Source: Methylotenera oryzisoli (GTDB lineage Bacteria > Pseudomonadota > Gammaproteobacteria > Burkholderiales > Methylophilaceae). Taken from it: a stretch of DNA of 64,000 bases. The notes under the pieces were generated by a model. It saw nothing but the letters and a program-made list of their open reading frames with translations, did no database searches and was not told where the DNA came from. The DNA is taken from contig CAMDTL010000001.1 in the NCBI GenBank assembly GCA_945907735.1, positions 183,481-247,480 of the forward strand, read 5' to 3'. The position numbers and the translations under genes are program-made. Below are positions 1-9,684 of the stretch, piece after piece; within the stretch, counting starts at the first letter, position 1; each line of letters starts with the position of its first letter.

Positions 1-367
1 TGGCGCCATTACTTACGATTTGGTCTCGTTGCTGAAAGATGCCTATATTCAGTGGGACGAAGAGCAAGTCATCGATTGGGCAGTGCGCTATTGGCAGCCC
101 GCCAAAAAAGCGGGCTTGCCCGTGCCAGCCGATTTTAGCGAGTTTTATCGCGATTTTGAATGGATGGGCGCGCAGCGGCATATCAAAGTTTTAGGTATTT
201 TTGCGCGACTTTATCATCGCGACGGTAAAGATGGCTACTTACAAGACATGCCGCTGGTGTTGCATTATCTGCGCAAAGTGTGCGAGCGTTATGTCGAGCT
301 GCGACCGATGCTACGTTTGTTAGATGCGTTGGAAGGGCGTGTGCCGCGACCGAAATATGTGGTTTAG
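1..367 (+). CDS. amgK: Aminoglycoside-phosphotransferase-family MurNAc/GlcNAc kinase (AmgK), 5'-truncated by the window edge
   Basis: C-terminal motif FEWMGAQRHIKVLGIFARLYHRDGKDGY; lies directly upstream of murU. Confidence 0.85.
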   Translation, partial: GAITYDLVSLLKDAYIQWDEEQVIDWAVRYWQPAKKAGLPVPADFSEFYRDFEWMGAQRHIKVLGIFARLYHRDGKDGYLQDMPLVLHYLRKVCERYVELRPMLRLLDALEGRVPRPKYVV

Positions 368-388
368 ATTACATGCTAATTTCACGGG

Positions 389-504
389 AACTATTTTTAT
401 GGGCGAGGCGCGAGGCGCCGCGGAGCGAATGACGAAGACATATGATGTTTATAGGCAAGGAGTGAGCGAGCACGCAACGCAGCGGACCGCCCATAAAAAT
501 AGTT
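389..504. repeat. MITE-like palindromic element with perfect 17-bp terminal inverted repeats
   Basis: aactatttttatgggcg (389-405) / cgcccataaaaatagtt (488-504); core resembles the elements at 15370 and 25250 in opposite orientation. Confidence 0.75.
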
Positions 505-505
505 T

Positions 506-1183
506 ATGAAGGCAATGATATTAGCGGCTGGGCGTGGGGAGCGTATGCGGCCTTTAACCGACCATACGCCAAAACCGTTACTCAAAGTTGGCGGCAAGCC
601 GCTCATTGCTTGGCATTTAGAAAGATTGGCCAAAGCAGGTTTTACAGAAATCGTCATTAACTATGCGCATTTAGGTGCGCAAATTGAAGCCACTTTGGGG
701 AACGGCGCGGCGTGGGGAGTGGCCATTCAATACTCACCTGAGAAAGTCGCGCTGGAAACCGCAGGCGGTATTGCCAACGCGTTAGACTGGTTGGGCGAAG
801 AGCCGTTTTTGGTGGTCAACGGGGATATTTATACCGATTTCGACTTCAAAGGCATCAGCCTGCAGACAAGTATTCATGCGCCTGCTAGCCTTGCTCATTT
901 AGTGCTAATCGACAATCCGCCACAACATCTGGATGGCGATTTTGCAATACAAGATGGAAACTTAACGCACACAGGCAAGCAGATGCTCACATTTTCAGGT
1001 GTTGGTGTGTATCACCCAAGTCTATTTGCGCATATTATCAAAGGAGAAACCGCAAAATTAGCGCCATTATTGCGTAAAGCCATTGACAATCACTACGCTA
1101 CCGCCCAGTATTATCAAGGTATTTGGCACGATATTGGTACACCAGAGCGATTGAATGATTTAGATAAATTACTTAAAAAATAA
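506..1183 (+). CDS. murU: N-acetylmuramate alpha-1-phosphate uridylyltransferase
   Basis: MKAMILAAGRGERMRPLTDHTPKPLL nucleotidyltransferase N-terminus; amgK neighbour. Confidence 0.9.
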   Translation: MKAMILAAGRGERMRPLTDHTPKPLLKVGGKPLIAWHLERLAKAGFTEIVINYAHLGAQIEATLGNGAAWGVAIQYSPEKVALETAGGIANALDWLGEEPFLVVNGDIYTDFDFKGISLQTSIHAPASLAHLVLIDNPPQHLDGDFAIQDGNLTHTGKQMLTFSGVGVYHPSLFAHIIKGETAKLAPLLRKAIDNHYATAQYYQGIWHDIGTPERLNDLDKLLKK

Positions 1184-1184
1184 C

Positions 1185-2492
1185 ATGCTTAACTTAAAAG
1201 AGTCTCAGCAACGTCGCAGCCAGCTTTTAAAAAAGATGGGCGAGGGCGTTGCTATTATCCCAACTTCACCTGAATTGATCCGCAATCGCGATTCGCATTA
1301 TTCATACCGTTTCGACAGCTATTTTTATTATTTAACTGGCTTTAAAGAACCAGAGTCTGTGCTGATGTTAATTGCAGGTGAGCATCCAAAATCCATTCTT
1401 TTTTGTCGTGATAAAGACATGGAGCGCGAAATTTGGGACGGCTTTCGTTACGGGCCAGATGGCGCAAAAGAGCAGTTTGGTTTTGATGAAGCCTATAGTA
1501 TCAATCAGCTAGACGAGCTTGTGCCTAACTTTTTGGGTAATCAAGCACATTTGTTTTATAGCTTGGGGGCGGATAGCCATTGGGATGCGCGCGTAACTGG
1601 CTGGCTGAATAAAGTGAAAGATTTAGTCCGCACAGGAGTTTCTGCGCCAGCATCTATTCAAGATATACGCCAATTAATTGATATGCAACGCTTGGTGAAA
1701 TCGCTTTATGAGCAAGATTTAATGCGCCGATCGGCCAATATTGCGGCGCGTGCGCATAATCGTGCTATGCAGTTTACCAGGCCGAATATGCACGAATATG
1801 AGGTTGAGGCAGAGTTTTTACACGAATTTTATCGTAGTGGTGCGCAGTCGCCCGCCTACACCAGCATCGTCGCAGGTGGTGCCAATGCTTGCACATTGCA
1901 TTACAACGCCAATAATTGTAGTTTGCATGATGGTGACTTGTTGTTAATCGACGCGGGTTGCGAGTTAGATGGTTATGCGTCGGATATCACGCGCACTTTT
2001 CCTGTGAATGGAAAATTTAGTGCGCCGCAGGTCGATTTATACGAGCTGGTGTTGACTGCGCAATTGGCGGCAATTCATGCGGCTAAGCCAGGCAATCATT
2101 GGAACGCACCGCACGAAGCTGCGCTGGATGTGCTGGCGCAAGGCTTTATCGATTTTAAATTGTGCAAAGGCAGCAAAGATAAAGTGCTGGATAATGGCGA
2201 TTATCGCCAGTTTTACATGCATCGCACTGGCCATTGGCTGGGCTTGGATGTACATGATGCTGGCGACTATAAAAATAAAGCGGGCAATTGGGCGACATTG
2301 GAAGCGGGCAATACGCTGACCGTTGAGCCAGGCTGCTACGTGCGCCCAGCCGATAATGTGCCAGAATATTTTTGGAATATTGGCATCCGCATAGAGGATG
2401 ACGTGCTGATCACCAACACGGGCAATGAAGTGCTCACCAAAAACGCGCTGAAAAGCGTGGCGGATATTGAAGCCTTAATGAAAAATGCGTGA
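1185..2492 (+). CDS. pepP: Xaa-Pro aminopeptidase
   Basis: M24 motifs DAGCELDGYASDITRT, HRTGHWLGLDVHD, GIRIEDD. Confidence 0.95.
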   Translation: MLNLKESQQRRSQLLKKMGEGVAIIPTSPELIRNRDSHYSYRFDSYFYYLTGFKEPESVLMLIAGEHPKSILFCRDKDMEREIWDGFRYGPDGAKEQFGFDEAYSINQLDELVPNFLGNQAHLFYSLGADSHWDARVTGWLNKVKDLVRTGVSAPASIQDIRQLIDMQRLVKSLYEQDLMRRSANIAARAHNRAMQFTRPNMHEYEVEAEFLHEFYRSGAQSPAYTSIVAGGANACTLHYNANNCSLHDGDLLLIDAGCELDGYASDITRTFPVNGKFSAPQVDLYELVLTAQLAAIHAAKPGNHWNAPHEAALDVLAQGFIDFKLCKGSKDKVLDNGDYRQFYMHRTGHWLGLDVHDAGDYKNKAGNWATLEAGNTLTVEPGCYVRPADNVPEYFWNIGIRIEDDVLITNTGNEVLTKNALKSVADIEALMKNA

Positions 2493-3648
2493 GCTAATTG
2501 TTGTCGTGGGTGGCGGGCCTGTGGGCTCGGTGTTGGCTTTGGCATTGCAGCAACAGAATGTCGCTTTCACCATGCTGGAAGCACGCGCAAAAAGCGCTTC
2601 GCACCAAGATACGCGCGCGCTGGCGCTTTCATACGGCAGCAGATTAATCCTCGAAAAACTTGGTGTTTGGGATGCGGTGCAAGCAAAAGCCACCGCGATT
2701 AACACCATTCATATTTCGCAACGCGGCGGGCTTGGTCGCACCAAACTCAAAGCTTCTGAACATAATCAACCCGCGCTAGGTTATGTGCTGCCATATGGCG
2801 CGCTGACTGAGGCGCTAGATAATGCACTAGAGCTAAATAATATTCGCTATGCAGCAGAAGCCACAGAAATCAAGTCTGGTGAGGTTTTTGCGCAAGTGGC
2901 TTTCAATCAATTTGGCGAATCAAAAACGCTTACAAGCGCGTTAATGGTAGTTGCCGATGGCGGCAAAAATTTGGGCGAAATAGCAGGTATTCAGCGTGAA
3001 ACCAAGGAATACGGCCACGACGCGCTGGTGAGTAAAGTGCGTGCCGAGTTGCCACACAATAATATTGCCTACGAGCGCTTTACACCGCAAGGGCCAATGG
3101 CGCTGTTGCCGAATGGGCAAGATAAAAATTCGCATGACTTCTCCCTTGTATGGACTGGCTTGCAAGCCAATATCCATAAGGTTGCTGGCATGGATGATTT
3201 TGGTTTTTTATCGCAGTTACACGAAGCGTTTGGCGATCGTGTGGGCAAGTTTTTGAGTGTTGAAAAGCGCCTGTGTTTTCCGCTTAAATTAAGTACACTT
3301 AAGCCTTCTACTGCGCCACATCTTGCAGTGATTGGTAATGCTGCACAAACCATGCACCCAGTCGCTGGGCAAGGCTTTAATGTGGGGCTGCGTGACGCTT
3401 GCACCTTGGCGGATATCATTATAAACACGCCAATTTCTGCCATGGGAGCCGCACCAATGCTAGAGAGATATAGTATGCAGCGACAACGCGATACCCGTGG
3501 CGGCATCTTATTTACCGATTTATTGGTGAATACTTTTTCTAATGATTTGATTGGTTTGCAAACCATAAGAGGTGCTGGTCTTGGGGCCTTGGAGCTATTC
3601 AAGCCAGCTAAAAGTTTTTTGGTAAACAAAATGAGTTTTGGTAAATGA
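2485..3648 (+). CDS. ubiH: UbiH-family FAD-dependent ubiquinone hydroxylase
   Basis: GGGPVG FAD motif; GNAAQTMHPVAGQGFNVGLRD; follows pepP. Confidence 0.85.
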   Translation: MRELIVVVGGGPVGSVLALALQQQNVAFTMLEARAKSASHQDTRALALSYGSRLILEKLGVWDAVQAKATAINTIHISQRGGLGRTKLKASEHNQPALGYVLPYGALTEALDNALELNNIRYAAEATEIKSGEVFAQVAFNQFGESKTLTSALMVVADGGKNLGEIAGIQRETKEYGHDALVSKVRAELPHNNIAYERFTPQGPMALLPNGQDKNSHDFSLVWTGLQANIHKVAGMDDFGFLSQLHEAFGDRVGKFLSVEKRLCFPLKLSTLKPSTAPHLAVIGNAAQTMHPVAGQGFNVGLRDACTLADIIINTPISAMGAAPMLERYSMQRQRDTRGGILFTDLLVNTFSNDLIGLQTIRGAGLGALELFKPAKSFLVNKMSFGK

Positions 3649-4850
3649 CGCACGACGCTAGTCAAAAAATAAATCAAAAGCTTGATGCCGATATTATTGT
3701 GGTAGGCGCTGGTTTGGTGGGGCTTGCGGCGGCGATTGCGTTTGCAAAACAGGGCAAAACAGCAGTGTTGGTGGATTCCAATCCTGCGAAAATAGCATTG
3801 CCAGCTCTCAAAAAATCAGCAGCCTGGGATGCGCGCATTTATGCACTCACGACTGCTACAGAAGATTGGCTGAAAGCGCTAGAAGCGTGGCCTGGCGTGG
3901 ATACAGGCCGTGTGAATGCTATAGACGCGATGCGTTTGTGGAATGAAAATGACCAAAAACTGGAATTGAATTGCAAAGATGCCAACTTGCCAAAATTGGG
4001 TGTGATTATTGAGAATCAAAACTTGATGGCCGCTCTTTGGCAGCAAATAATTGCGTTGGGTGTGACGGTTATCACTGATGCAAAATGTAAGCTTTTAGAG
4101 CATACGCAGCATGACATTACGTTAAGTTTGGAAGGCGCAACAAAAGTTTCCGCAAAATTAATTGTGGCTGCAGATGGCGTCAATTCTTGGGTTAGAGGCC
4201 AAGCGAATATTGCGGTTAAGAAAAAATATTTTCAGCAGACAGCAATCGTTGTAAATTTTTTTGCGGAAAAAAATCATCAAAATATCGCAAGACAATGGTT
4301 TGCGCCACATGCAACTTTGGCGCTACTGCCTTTGCCAAATAAACATGTATCGATGGTGTGGTCGCTATCAACTGAAAAGGCGGATGAATTGTTAAGGTTA
4401 TCAGGCGAGGAATTGGCGGCAAAAGTAGCATTACAATCTAAGCACGAGCTTGGTACTTTGCAGGCAATTGGCAAAACATTATCGTTTACATTGAATCAAC
4501 AAACAGCGAATGCTTTAATCGCGGCGCGTGTAGTGTTGGTGGGCGATGCGGCGCATCAAATCCACCCAATGGCGGGGCAAGGGGTGAATTTGGGCTTTAG
4601 GGATGTTATGCAATTGACATCATTAGCGACTAAGTTGCGCACAATGCAAGATATTGGCGAATATTCCTTTTTGCGACAATTTGAGCGTGCAAGAAAAGCG
4701 GATATTGCTAGCATGAATACCTTAACAACAGGGCTAGATTATTTGTTCGCAAGTGATAGCACGATGATTAAAAAAGTAACAAATTGGAGCTTGCGGCAAC
4801 TTAATAGTCAAGCGGCAATCAAAAAAATATTAATACAACAAGCAGCTTAA
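3645..4850 (+). CDS. UbiH/UbiF/UbiI-family FAD-dependent hydroxylase
   Basis: GAGLVG FAD motif; GDAAHQIHPMAGQGVNLGFRD. Confidence 0.85.
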   Translation: MTHDASQKINQKLDADIIVVGAGLVGLAAAIAFAKQGKTAVLVDSNPAKIALPALKKSAAWDARIYALTTATEDWLKALEAWPGVDTGRVNAIDAMRLWNENDQKLELNCKDANLPKLGVIIENQNLMAALWQQIIALGVTVITDAKCKLLEHTQHDITLSLEGATKVSAKLIVAADGVNSWVRGQANIAVKKKYFQQTAIVVNFFAEKNHQNIARQWFAPHATLALLPLPNKHVSMVWSLSTEKADELLRLSGEELAAKVALQSKHELGTLQAIGKTLSFTLNQQTANALIAARVVLVGDAAHQIHPMAGQGVNLGFRDVMQLTSLATKLRTMQDIGEYSFLRQFERARKADIASMNTLTTGLDYLFASDSTMIKKVTNWSLRQLNSQAAIKKILIQQAA

Positions 4851-4876
4851 GTTAAGCTGCTGAATAGAAAGAGAAA

Positions 4877-5602
4877 ATGAACACAATTTTAAAAAAATTA
4901 GCTGTGATTTATTTATTGATGATGAGCCAGTTTGCGCTCGCAGATGAAGCCAGCCTTAAAAAAGCGATTGAAGCGGTGTACCCAAAATTTAAAGTTGAAA
5001 GCGTCGTTAAAACGCCATTTGCAGGCCTGTACGAGGTTTTTATGGGCGGGCAGATTATTTATACCGATGAAAAGCTCACTTTTTTAATCGCAGATGGTAA
5101 TTTGGTCGATCCTAAAACCAAAAAAGACATCACAGGTGAACGTTTAGAAGAATTAACGAAAATTGACTTTAATAGTTTACCGCTAGACCAAGCCATTAAA
5201 GTGGTAAAGGGCAACGGCAGTCGAAAATTGGTCGTGTTCTCAGATGTGGATTGCCCATTTTGCAAGCGTTTGGAGCAGAATGAATTGTCGAATATTGACA
5301 ATGTAACTGTCTATACGTTTTTGTATCCTATTGAACAGTTGCACCCAGATGCGGCGAATAAATCGAAATCTATTTGGTGCGCGAGCAATCGCGTGAAAGC
5401 TTGGAATGACTGGATATTTAGTAATAAACTGCCAAGCACAACTGGTAATTGCGAAGTGCCGCTAGAGCGCGTGGCTGATTTGGCTAGGAAAATTGGTGTG
5501 ACTAGTACGCCAACGCTATTTTTTGCTGATGGCAAGCGCATGCTCGGCGCGCAACCACATAAAGAAATTGAAAAGTATTTGATAGCTGCGGCAAAAAAGT
5601 GA
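4877..5602 (+). CDS. dsbC: DsbC-family thiol:disulfide isomerase
   Basis: Signal peptide; FSDVDCPFCK CxxC motif; TPT motif. Confidence 0.9.
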   Translation: MNTILKKLAVIYLLMMSQFALADEASLKKAIEAVYPKFKVESVVKTPFAGLYEVFMGGQIIYTDEKLTFLIADGNLVDPKTKKDITGERLEELTKIDFNSLPLDQAIKVVKGNGSRKLVVFSDVDCPFCKRLEQNELSNIDNVTVYTFLYPIEQLHPDAANKSKSIWCASNRVKAWNDWIFSNKLPSTTGNCEVPLERVADLARKIGVTSTPTLFFADGKRMLGAQPHKEIEKYLIAAAKK

Positions 5603-5603
5603 T

Positions 5604-5720
5604 TTAGTTGCAAGCAAACAGGGTGGAAGTTCTACCCTCTAGCACAACGCTCCAATACTCAGATTCAAACCGACTATAGTTCAGACTCATTTCTGCATTG
5701 GAATATACTGGCTGTATACT
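5604..5720 (-). pseudogene. Possible decayed remnant of a PuuR-like cupin regulator
   Basis: Minus-strand peptide AEMSLNYSRFESEYWSVVLEGR has the spacing of the PuuR cupin motif (A-D-x8-E-G-E-x3-I-V-L-E-G-R, recalled from memory); divergent from puuD. Confidence 0.35.
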
Positions 5721-5819
5721 TGTAACTGAATTGTTGTAACCCTCAGTCGATGGCAAAAAATAGCATGGTAGTATCACGGTGCGTGCGTAGGTCATGAATA
5801 GGGTTGTTGAAATCAAGCA

Positions 5820-6593
5820 ATGAAAACCAGCAAACGAAAACCAATCGTCATACTGCCATCTGATGTTAAACACATTGGAGAGCAGCCTTTTCATGTGGTT
5901 GGGCAAAAGTATATCTTGGCGGTAGTGCAGGCGGCAGAAGCTATGCCATTGCTAGTACCCGCTATTGGCGATGAGATTGAGATTGATGATTTGCTGTCCG
6001 CCGCTGATGGAATTTTGCTTACCGGATCGCCTTCCAATATACATCCATCCCATTTTGGACAAGCCATACATAATCCTGCGTTGCCATTAGATACTGCGCG
6101 CGATGGCTTAACATTAAAATTAGTTCGCGCGGCAGTTGATGCAGGTGTGCCCTTGTTGGCGATTTGTCGTGGTTTTCAAGAGTTAAATGTGGCGTTTGGT
6201 GGTAGCTTGCATCAGGCGGTGCAAGAGCAAGTAGGCAAGCGCGATCATCGTGAGCCCAAAGATTTACCCCTAGCTGCGCAATACGCGGTGAGTCATGCAG
6301 TCAACTTGGTAGAAAATGGCCAGCTTGCGCGCATTGTCGGCCATGAGCAGATGCTGGTAAATTCGCTGCATGGTCAAGGTATAGATAGGCTGGGAGCGGG
6401 TTTGAGCGTAGAGGCGCATGCGCCTGATGGCTTGGTGGAGGCCGTGCATGTTGATGGCGCCAAGGCTTTTGCACTAGGCGTACAATGGCATCCAGAGTGG
6501 AAAGTGATGGAAAATCCACAGTATTTGGCGATTTTTAAGGCATTTGGTGCGGCTTGCAAAGCTAGAATGCTGAGGCGAATTCCACCCGATTAG
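5820..6593 (+). CDS. puuD: Gamma-glutamyl-gamma-aminobutyrate hydrolase (peptidase C26)
   Basis: LLAICRGFQELNV, VNSLHGQG and GVQWHPE class I amidotransferase motifs. Confidence 0.9.
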   Translation: MKTSKRKPIVILPSDVKHIGEQPFHVVGQKYILAVVQAAEAMPLLVPAIGDEIEIDDLLSAADGILLTGSPSNIHPSHFGQAIHNPALPLDTARDGLTLKLVRAAVDAGVPLLAICRGFQELNVAFGGSLHQAVQEQVGKRDHREPKDLPLAAQYAVSHAVNLVENGQLARIVGHEQMLVNSLHGQGIDRLGAGLSVEAHAPDGLVEAVHVDGAKAFALGVQWHPEWKVMENPQYLAIFKAFGAACKARMLRRIPPD

Positions 6594-6681
6594 TACATGC
6601 GTTTTAATTGAACAAAAAAGCTTATCACAGAGCAATAAAATTTAAACAAAATACCACTACAAGCATGCTGGAGAAAGCAGA

Positions 6682-8067
6682 ATGACAGAGCCTAGAAGCG
6701 TTAACCTTGAAAACTTTGAACTTGCTGACATGGATCGTTGGTTAACCGAGAATAACGTGACCGAAATTGAGTGTTTAGTGCCCGATTTAACTGGGGTAGC
6801 CCGTGGCAAAATTTTACCGCGTGAAAAATTTAGCACTGAACGCGCCATGCGCTTGCCAGAGGCGGTGCTGGGCGTAACGGTTACTGGTGAATCGCCAGAG
6901 GGTCATGCGGGCTATGATAGGGTGATGGGTTTTACCGATAAAGATATGGTGTTGCTGCCCGATCCAACCACCCTTAGGTTAGTGCCTTGGGCGACGGATC
7001 CTACCGCGCAAGTGATTATGGATTGTATGAATCATGATGGCTCACCGATTGATTTTGCGCCGCGTAATGTGTTGCGTGGAGTGACTAATCTTTACAAAAA
7101 CTTGGGTTGGACACCGATTGTGGCACCGGAACTGGAGTTTTATTTGCTGGCACGTAACACTGACCCAGATTTGCCGCTAACGCCGCCAATCGGCCGCAGT
7201 GGCCGCAGAGAAACCAGTCGCCAGTTGTATAGCATAGACGCGGTGAACGAGTTTGATCCGCTATTTGAAGAGATTTACGATTATTGCGAAAGCATGGGCT
7301 TAGAGCTGGATACGCTGATTCACGAATTTGGCGCTGGGCAAATGGAGATCAACTTTTTGCACGGCGAGCCAATGATTTTAGCCGATAAATCCTTCTTTTT
7401 TAAACGTGTGTTGCGCGAAGCTGCCATGCGCCACGACATGTATGCCACATTTATGGCTAAACCAATGCAGCATGAGCCTGGATCGGCCATGCATATTCAT
7501 CAAAGCGTGCTTGACAGCAAAACTGGCCAGAATATTTTCAGCCTGCCAGACGGGTCTGCCTCGCCATTGTTTTTTCACTATATTGCAGGGCTGCAAAAAT
7601 ATTTACCAGCAGCCATGGCGCTGCTAGCGCCTTATGTCAATTCGTATCGTCGCATCGTGCGCGATGGCGCGGCGCCGATTAACATTGAATGGGGTTACGA
7701 TAATCGCACGGTGGGTATCCGTGTGCCTATCTCTGGCTCGGCCGATCGTCGTATTGAAAATCGCGTGGCGGGTGCGGATGCAAACCCATATTTAGCCATG
7801 GCGGCGACATTGGCTTGCGGCTATTTGGGCATTAAAGAAAAACTAACGCCAACAGAAGTGACCACGGGCAGCGCCTACGCGCATGATTACCAATTGCCGC
7901 GCGGATTATCTGAAGCTTTGCGCGCGTTGGAAGAGGCCAAAGCTTTGCATGAAGTATTAGGCAAAAACTTTGTGGATGTATATTTGGCGGTAAAAGAAAC
8001 CGAGCATGATGAATTTATGCGCGTGATTAGCCCGTGGGAACGCGAACATCTTTTAATGCACGTATGA
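6682..8067 (+). CDS. puuA: Gamma-glutamylputrescine synthetase (glutamine synthetase family, PuuA/PauA-like)
   Basis: PDLTGVARGKILP, HEFGAGQMEINF, MAKPMQHEPGSAMHIHQS, ENRVAGADANPY; polyamine operon context. Confidence 0.8.
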   Translation: MTEPRSVNLENFELADMDRWLTENNVTEIECLVPDLTGVARGKILPREKFSTERAMRLPEAVLGVTVTGESPEGHAGYDRVMGFTDKDMVLLPDPTTLRLVPWATDPTAQVIMDCMNHDGSPIDFAPRNVLRGVTNLYKNLGWTPIVAPELEFYLLARNTDPDLPLTPPIGRSGRRETSRQLYSIDAVNEFDPLFEEIYDYCESMGLELDTLIHEFGAGQMEINFLHGEPMILADKSFFFKRVLREAAMRHDMYATFMAKPMQHEPGSAMHIHQSVLDSKTGQNIFSLPDGSASPLFFHYIAGLQKYLPAAMALLAPYVNSYRRIVRDGAAPINIEWGYDNRTVGIRVPISGSADRRIENRVAGADANPYLAMAATLACGYLGIKEKLTPTEVTTGSAYAHDYQLPRGLSEALRALEEAKALHEVLGKNFVDVYLAVKETEHDEFMRVISPWEREHLLMHV

Positions 8068-8123
8068 AAACACTCGCTGATACATGTGTGAAATGCCAAA
8101 GAAATTAAAGAATTGAGAACACC

Positions 8124-9500
8124 TTGACCGACTTGAACAGCAGCAATATACAAGCCATCGATTCCGCGCACTATATGCACCCATTTACCGACCATAAGGG
8201 ATTGGCGGAAAAGGGCGCGCGCATTATCACCAAAGCGGATGCTATCTATATTTGGGATTCTGAAGGCAATAAAATATTAGATGCTATGTCTGGTTTATGG
8301 TGCGTGAATGTGGGCTATGGTCGCAAAGCATTAGTGGACGCGGCTTCCAAGCAAATGCAAACATTGCCTTATTACAATAGTTTTTTTCAAACCACCAATG
8401 TGCCTGCGGTTAAGCTGGCAGAGCGCATGGTAAAACTGGCGGGTGAACATTACAGCCATGTGTTTTTTAGCAGTTCAGGTTCAGAGTCTAACGACACCAA
8501 TATCAAAATGGTACGCCATTATTGGGCAACATTAGGCCAGCCAGAGCGCAAAGTGATTATTTCGCGCAATAATGCTTATCATGGCTCTACCCTGGCGGGA
8601 GGATCTTTAGGCGGCATGGCTGGCATGCATGCGCAAGGCGGCGTGATTCCTGATATTGTGCACATTGAGCAACCCTATCACTATGGTTTGGCGCCTAATG
8701 AAGATAGAGACGCGTTTGGCTTGCGCGCCGCATCATGGTTAGAAACTAAAATTTTAGAAGTCGGTGCAGATAAAGTCGCCGCCTTTATTGGTGAGCCTGT
8801 GCAAGGTGCGGGCGGTGTGATTATTCCACCTAAAACCTATTGGCCTGAGATTCAACGTATCTGCGATAAGTATGGTATTTTGCTGATTTGTGACGAAGTT
8901 ATTTGTGGTTTTGGCCGCGTCGGCAAATGGTTTGGCTCGCAATTAATGGGTGCGAAGCCAGATTTAATGACTTTCGCCAAAGGCGTGACATCAGGCTACT
9001 TGCCCTTAGGCGGCGTGGTAATAGGTAGGCGGATTGCAGAGGTGTTGATAGAAAAAGGCGGTGAATTTAATCATGGCTATACTTACTCAGGGCATCCAGT
9101 GGCCTGTGCCGTGGCGTTGGCAAATATTGATATTTTAGAAAAAGAAGGATTGGTTGACCGTGTGTTCAACGAGACGGGACCCTATTTGGCACAAAAATAT
9201 GCCGAATTAGCGCACCATTCATTGGTGGGTGGGGCTGAGAGCCTTGGCTTAATGGCCGGTTTTGTGTTGATGAAAGATAAAGCAAAACACATTAATTTTG
9301 ACGAAGCGGCAGGCGTAGGCATGATTTGCCGCGGGCACTGTTTTGCCAACGGCTTGATTATGCGCGCCGTGGGCGACCGCATGATTATCGCGCCGCCCTT
9401 GGTATCAACAAAAGCGCAAATTGATGAGATGATGGCGTTAATACACCTGTGTTTAGATGAGACTTTAATCGATTTACAAAAACTAGGCTTAATGGATTAA
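8124..9500 (+). CDS. spuC: Class III PLP omega-aminotransferase (SpuC-like polyamine:pyruvate transaminase), TTG start
   Basis: DAMSGLWCVNVGYGR, DEVICGFGR, FAKGVTSGYLPLG, HGYTYSGHP. Confidence 0.8.
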   Translation: MTDLNSSNIQAIDSAHYMHPFTDHKGLAEKGARIITKADAIYIWDSEGNKILDAMSGLWCVNVGYGRKALVDAASKQMQTLPYYNSFFQTTNVPAVKLAERMVKLAGEHYSHVFFSSSGSESNDTNIKMVRHYWATLGQPERKVIISRNNAYHGSTLAGGSLGGMAGMHAQGGVIPDIVHIEQPYHYGLAPNEDRDAFGLRAASWLETKILEVGADKVAAFIGEPVQGAGGVIIPPKTYWPEIQRICDKYGILLICDEVICGFGRVGKWFGSQLMGAKPDLMTFAKGVTSGYLPLGGVVIGRRIAEVLIEKGGEFNHGYTYSGHPVACAVALANIDILEKEGLVDRVFNETGPYLAQKYAELAHHSLVGGAESLGLMAGFVLMKDKAKHINFDEAAGVGMICRGHCFANGLIMRAVGDRMIIAPPLVSTKAQIDEMMALIHLCLDETLIDLQKLGLMD

Positions 9501-9684
9501 ATTTGTAACATATAGCAAGCTAGTGGTAACAAATGTTATGGCGATTGCTGATGACATGATGTAAGATTGTGTGCAAAGTATAGCTAGATTATGGGTGTTT
9601 TATAGCATTGCTGTGATGCGCAGTGACGCTAAATCGTAAAATTTTGTCATTGTTTTATTAACATTTTTTTAGGAGTAACAAAAT

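Noticed and set aside
3069-3677. Long antisense ORFs (also 14249-14770, 15489-15983, 38447-38971, 60049-60504)
   Set aside because: They are shadows of well-supported genes on the opposite strand and have no recognisable motifs.
5751-5765. Possible sigma54 promoter TGGCAAAAAATAGC upstream of puuD
   Set aside because: The GG-to-GC spacing is 9 nt instead of the required 10.
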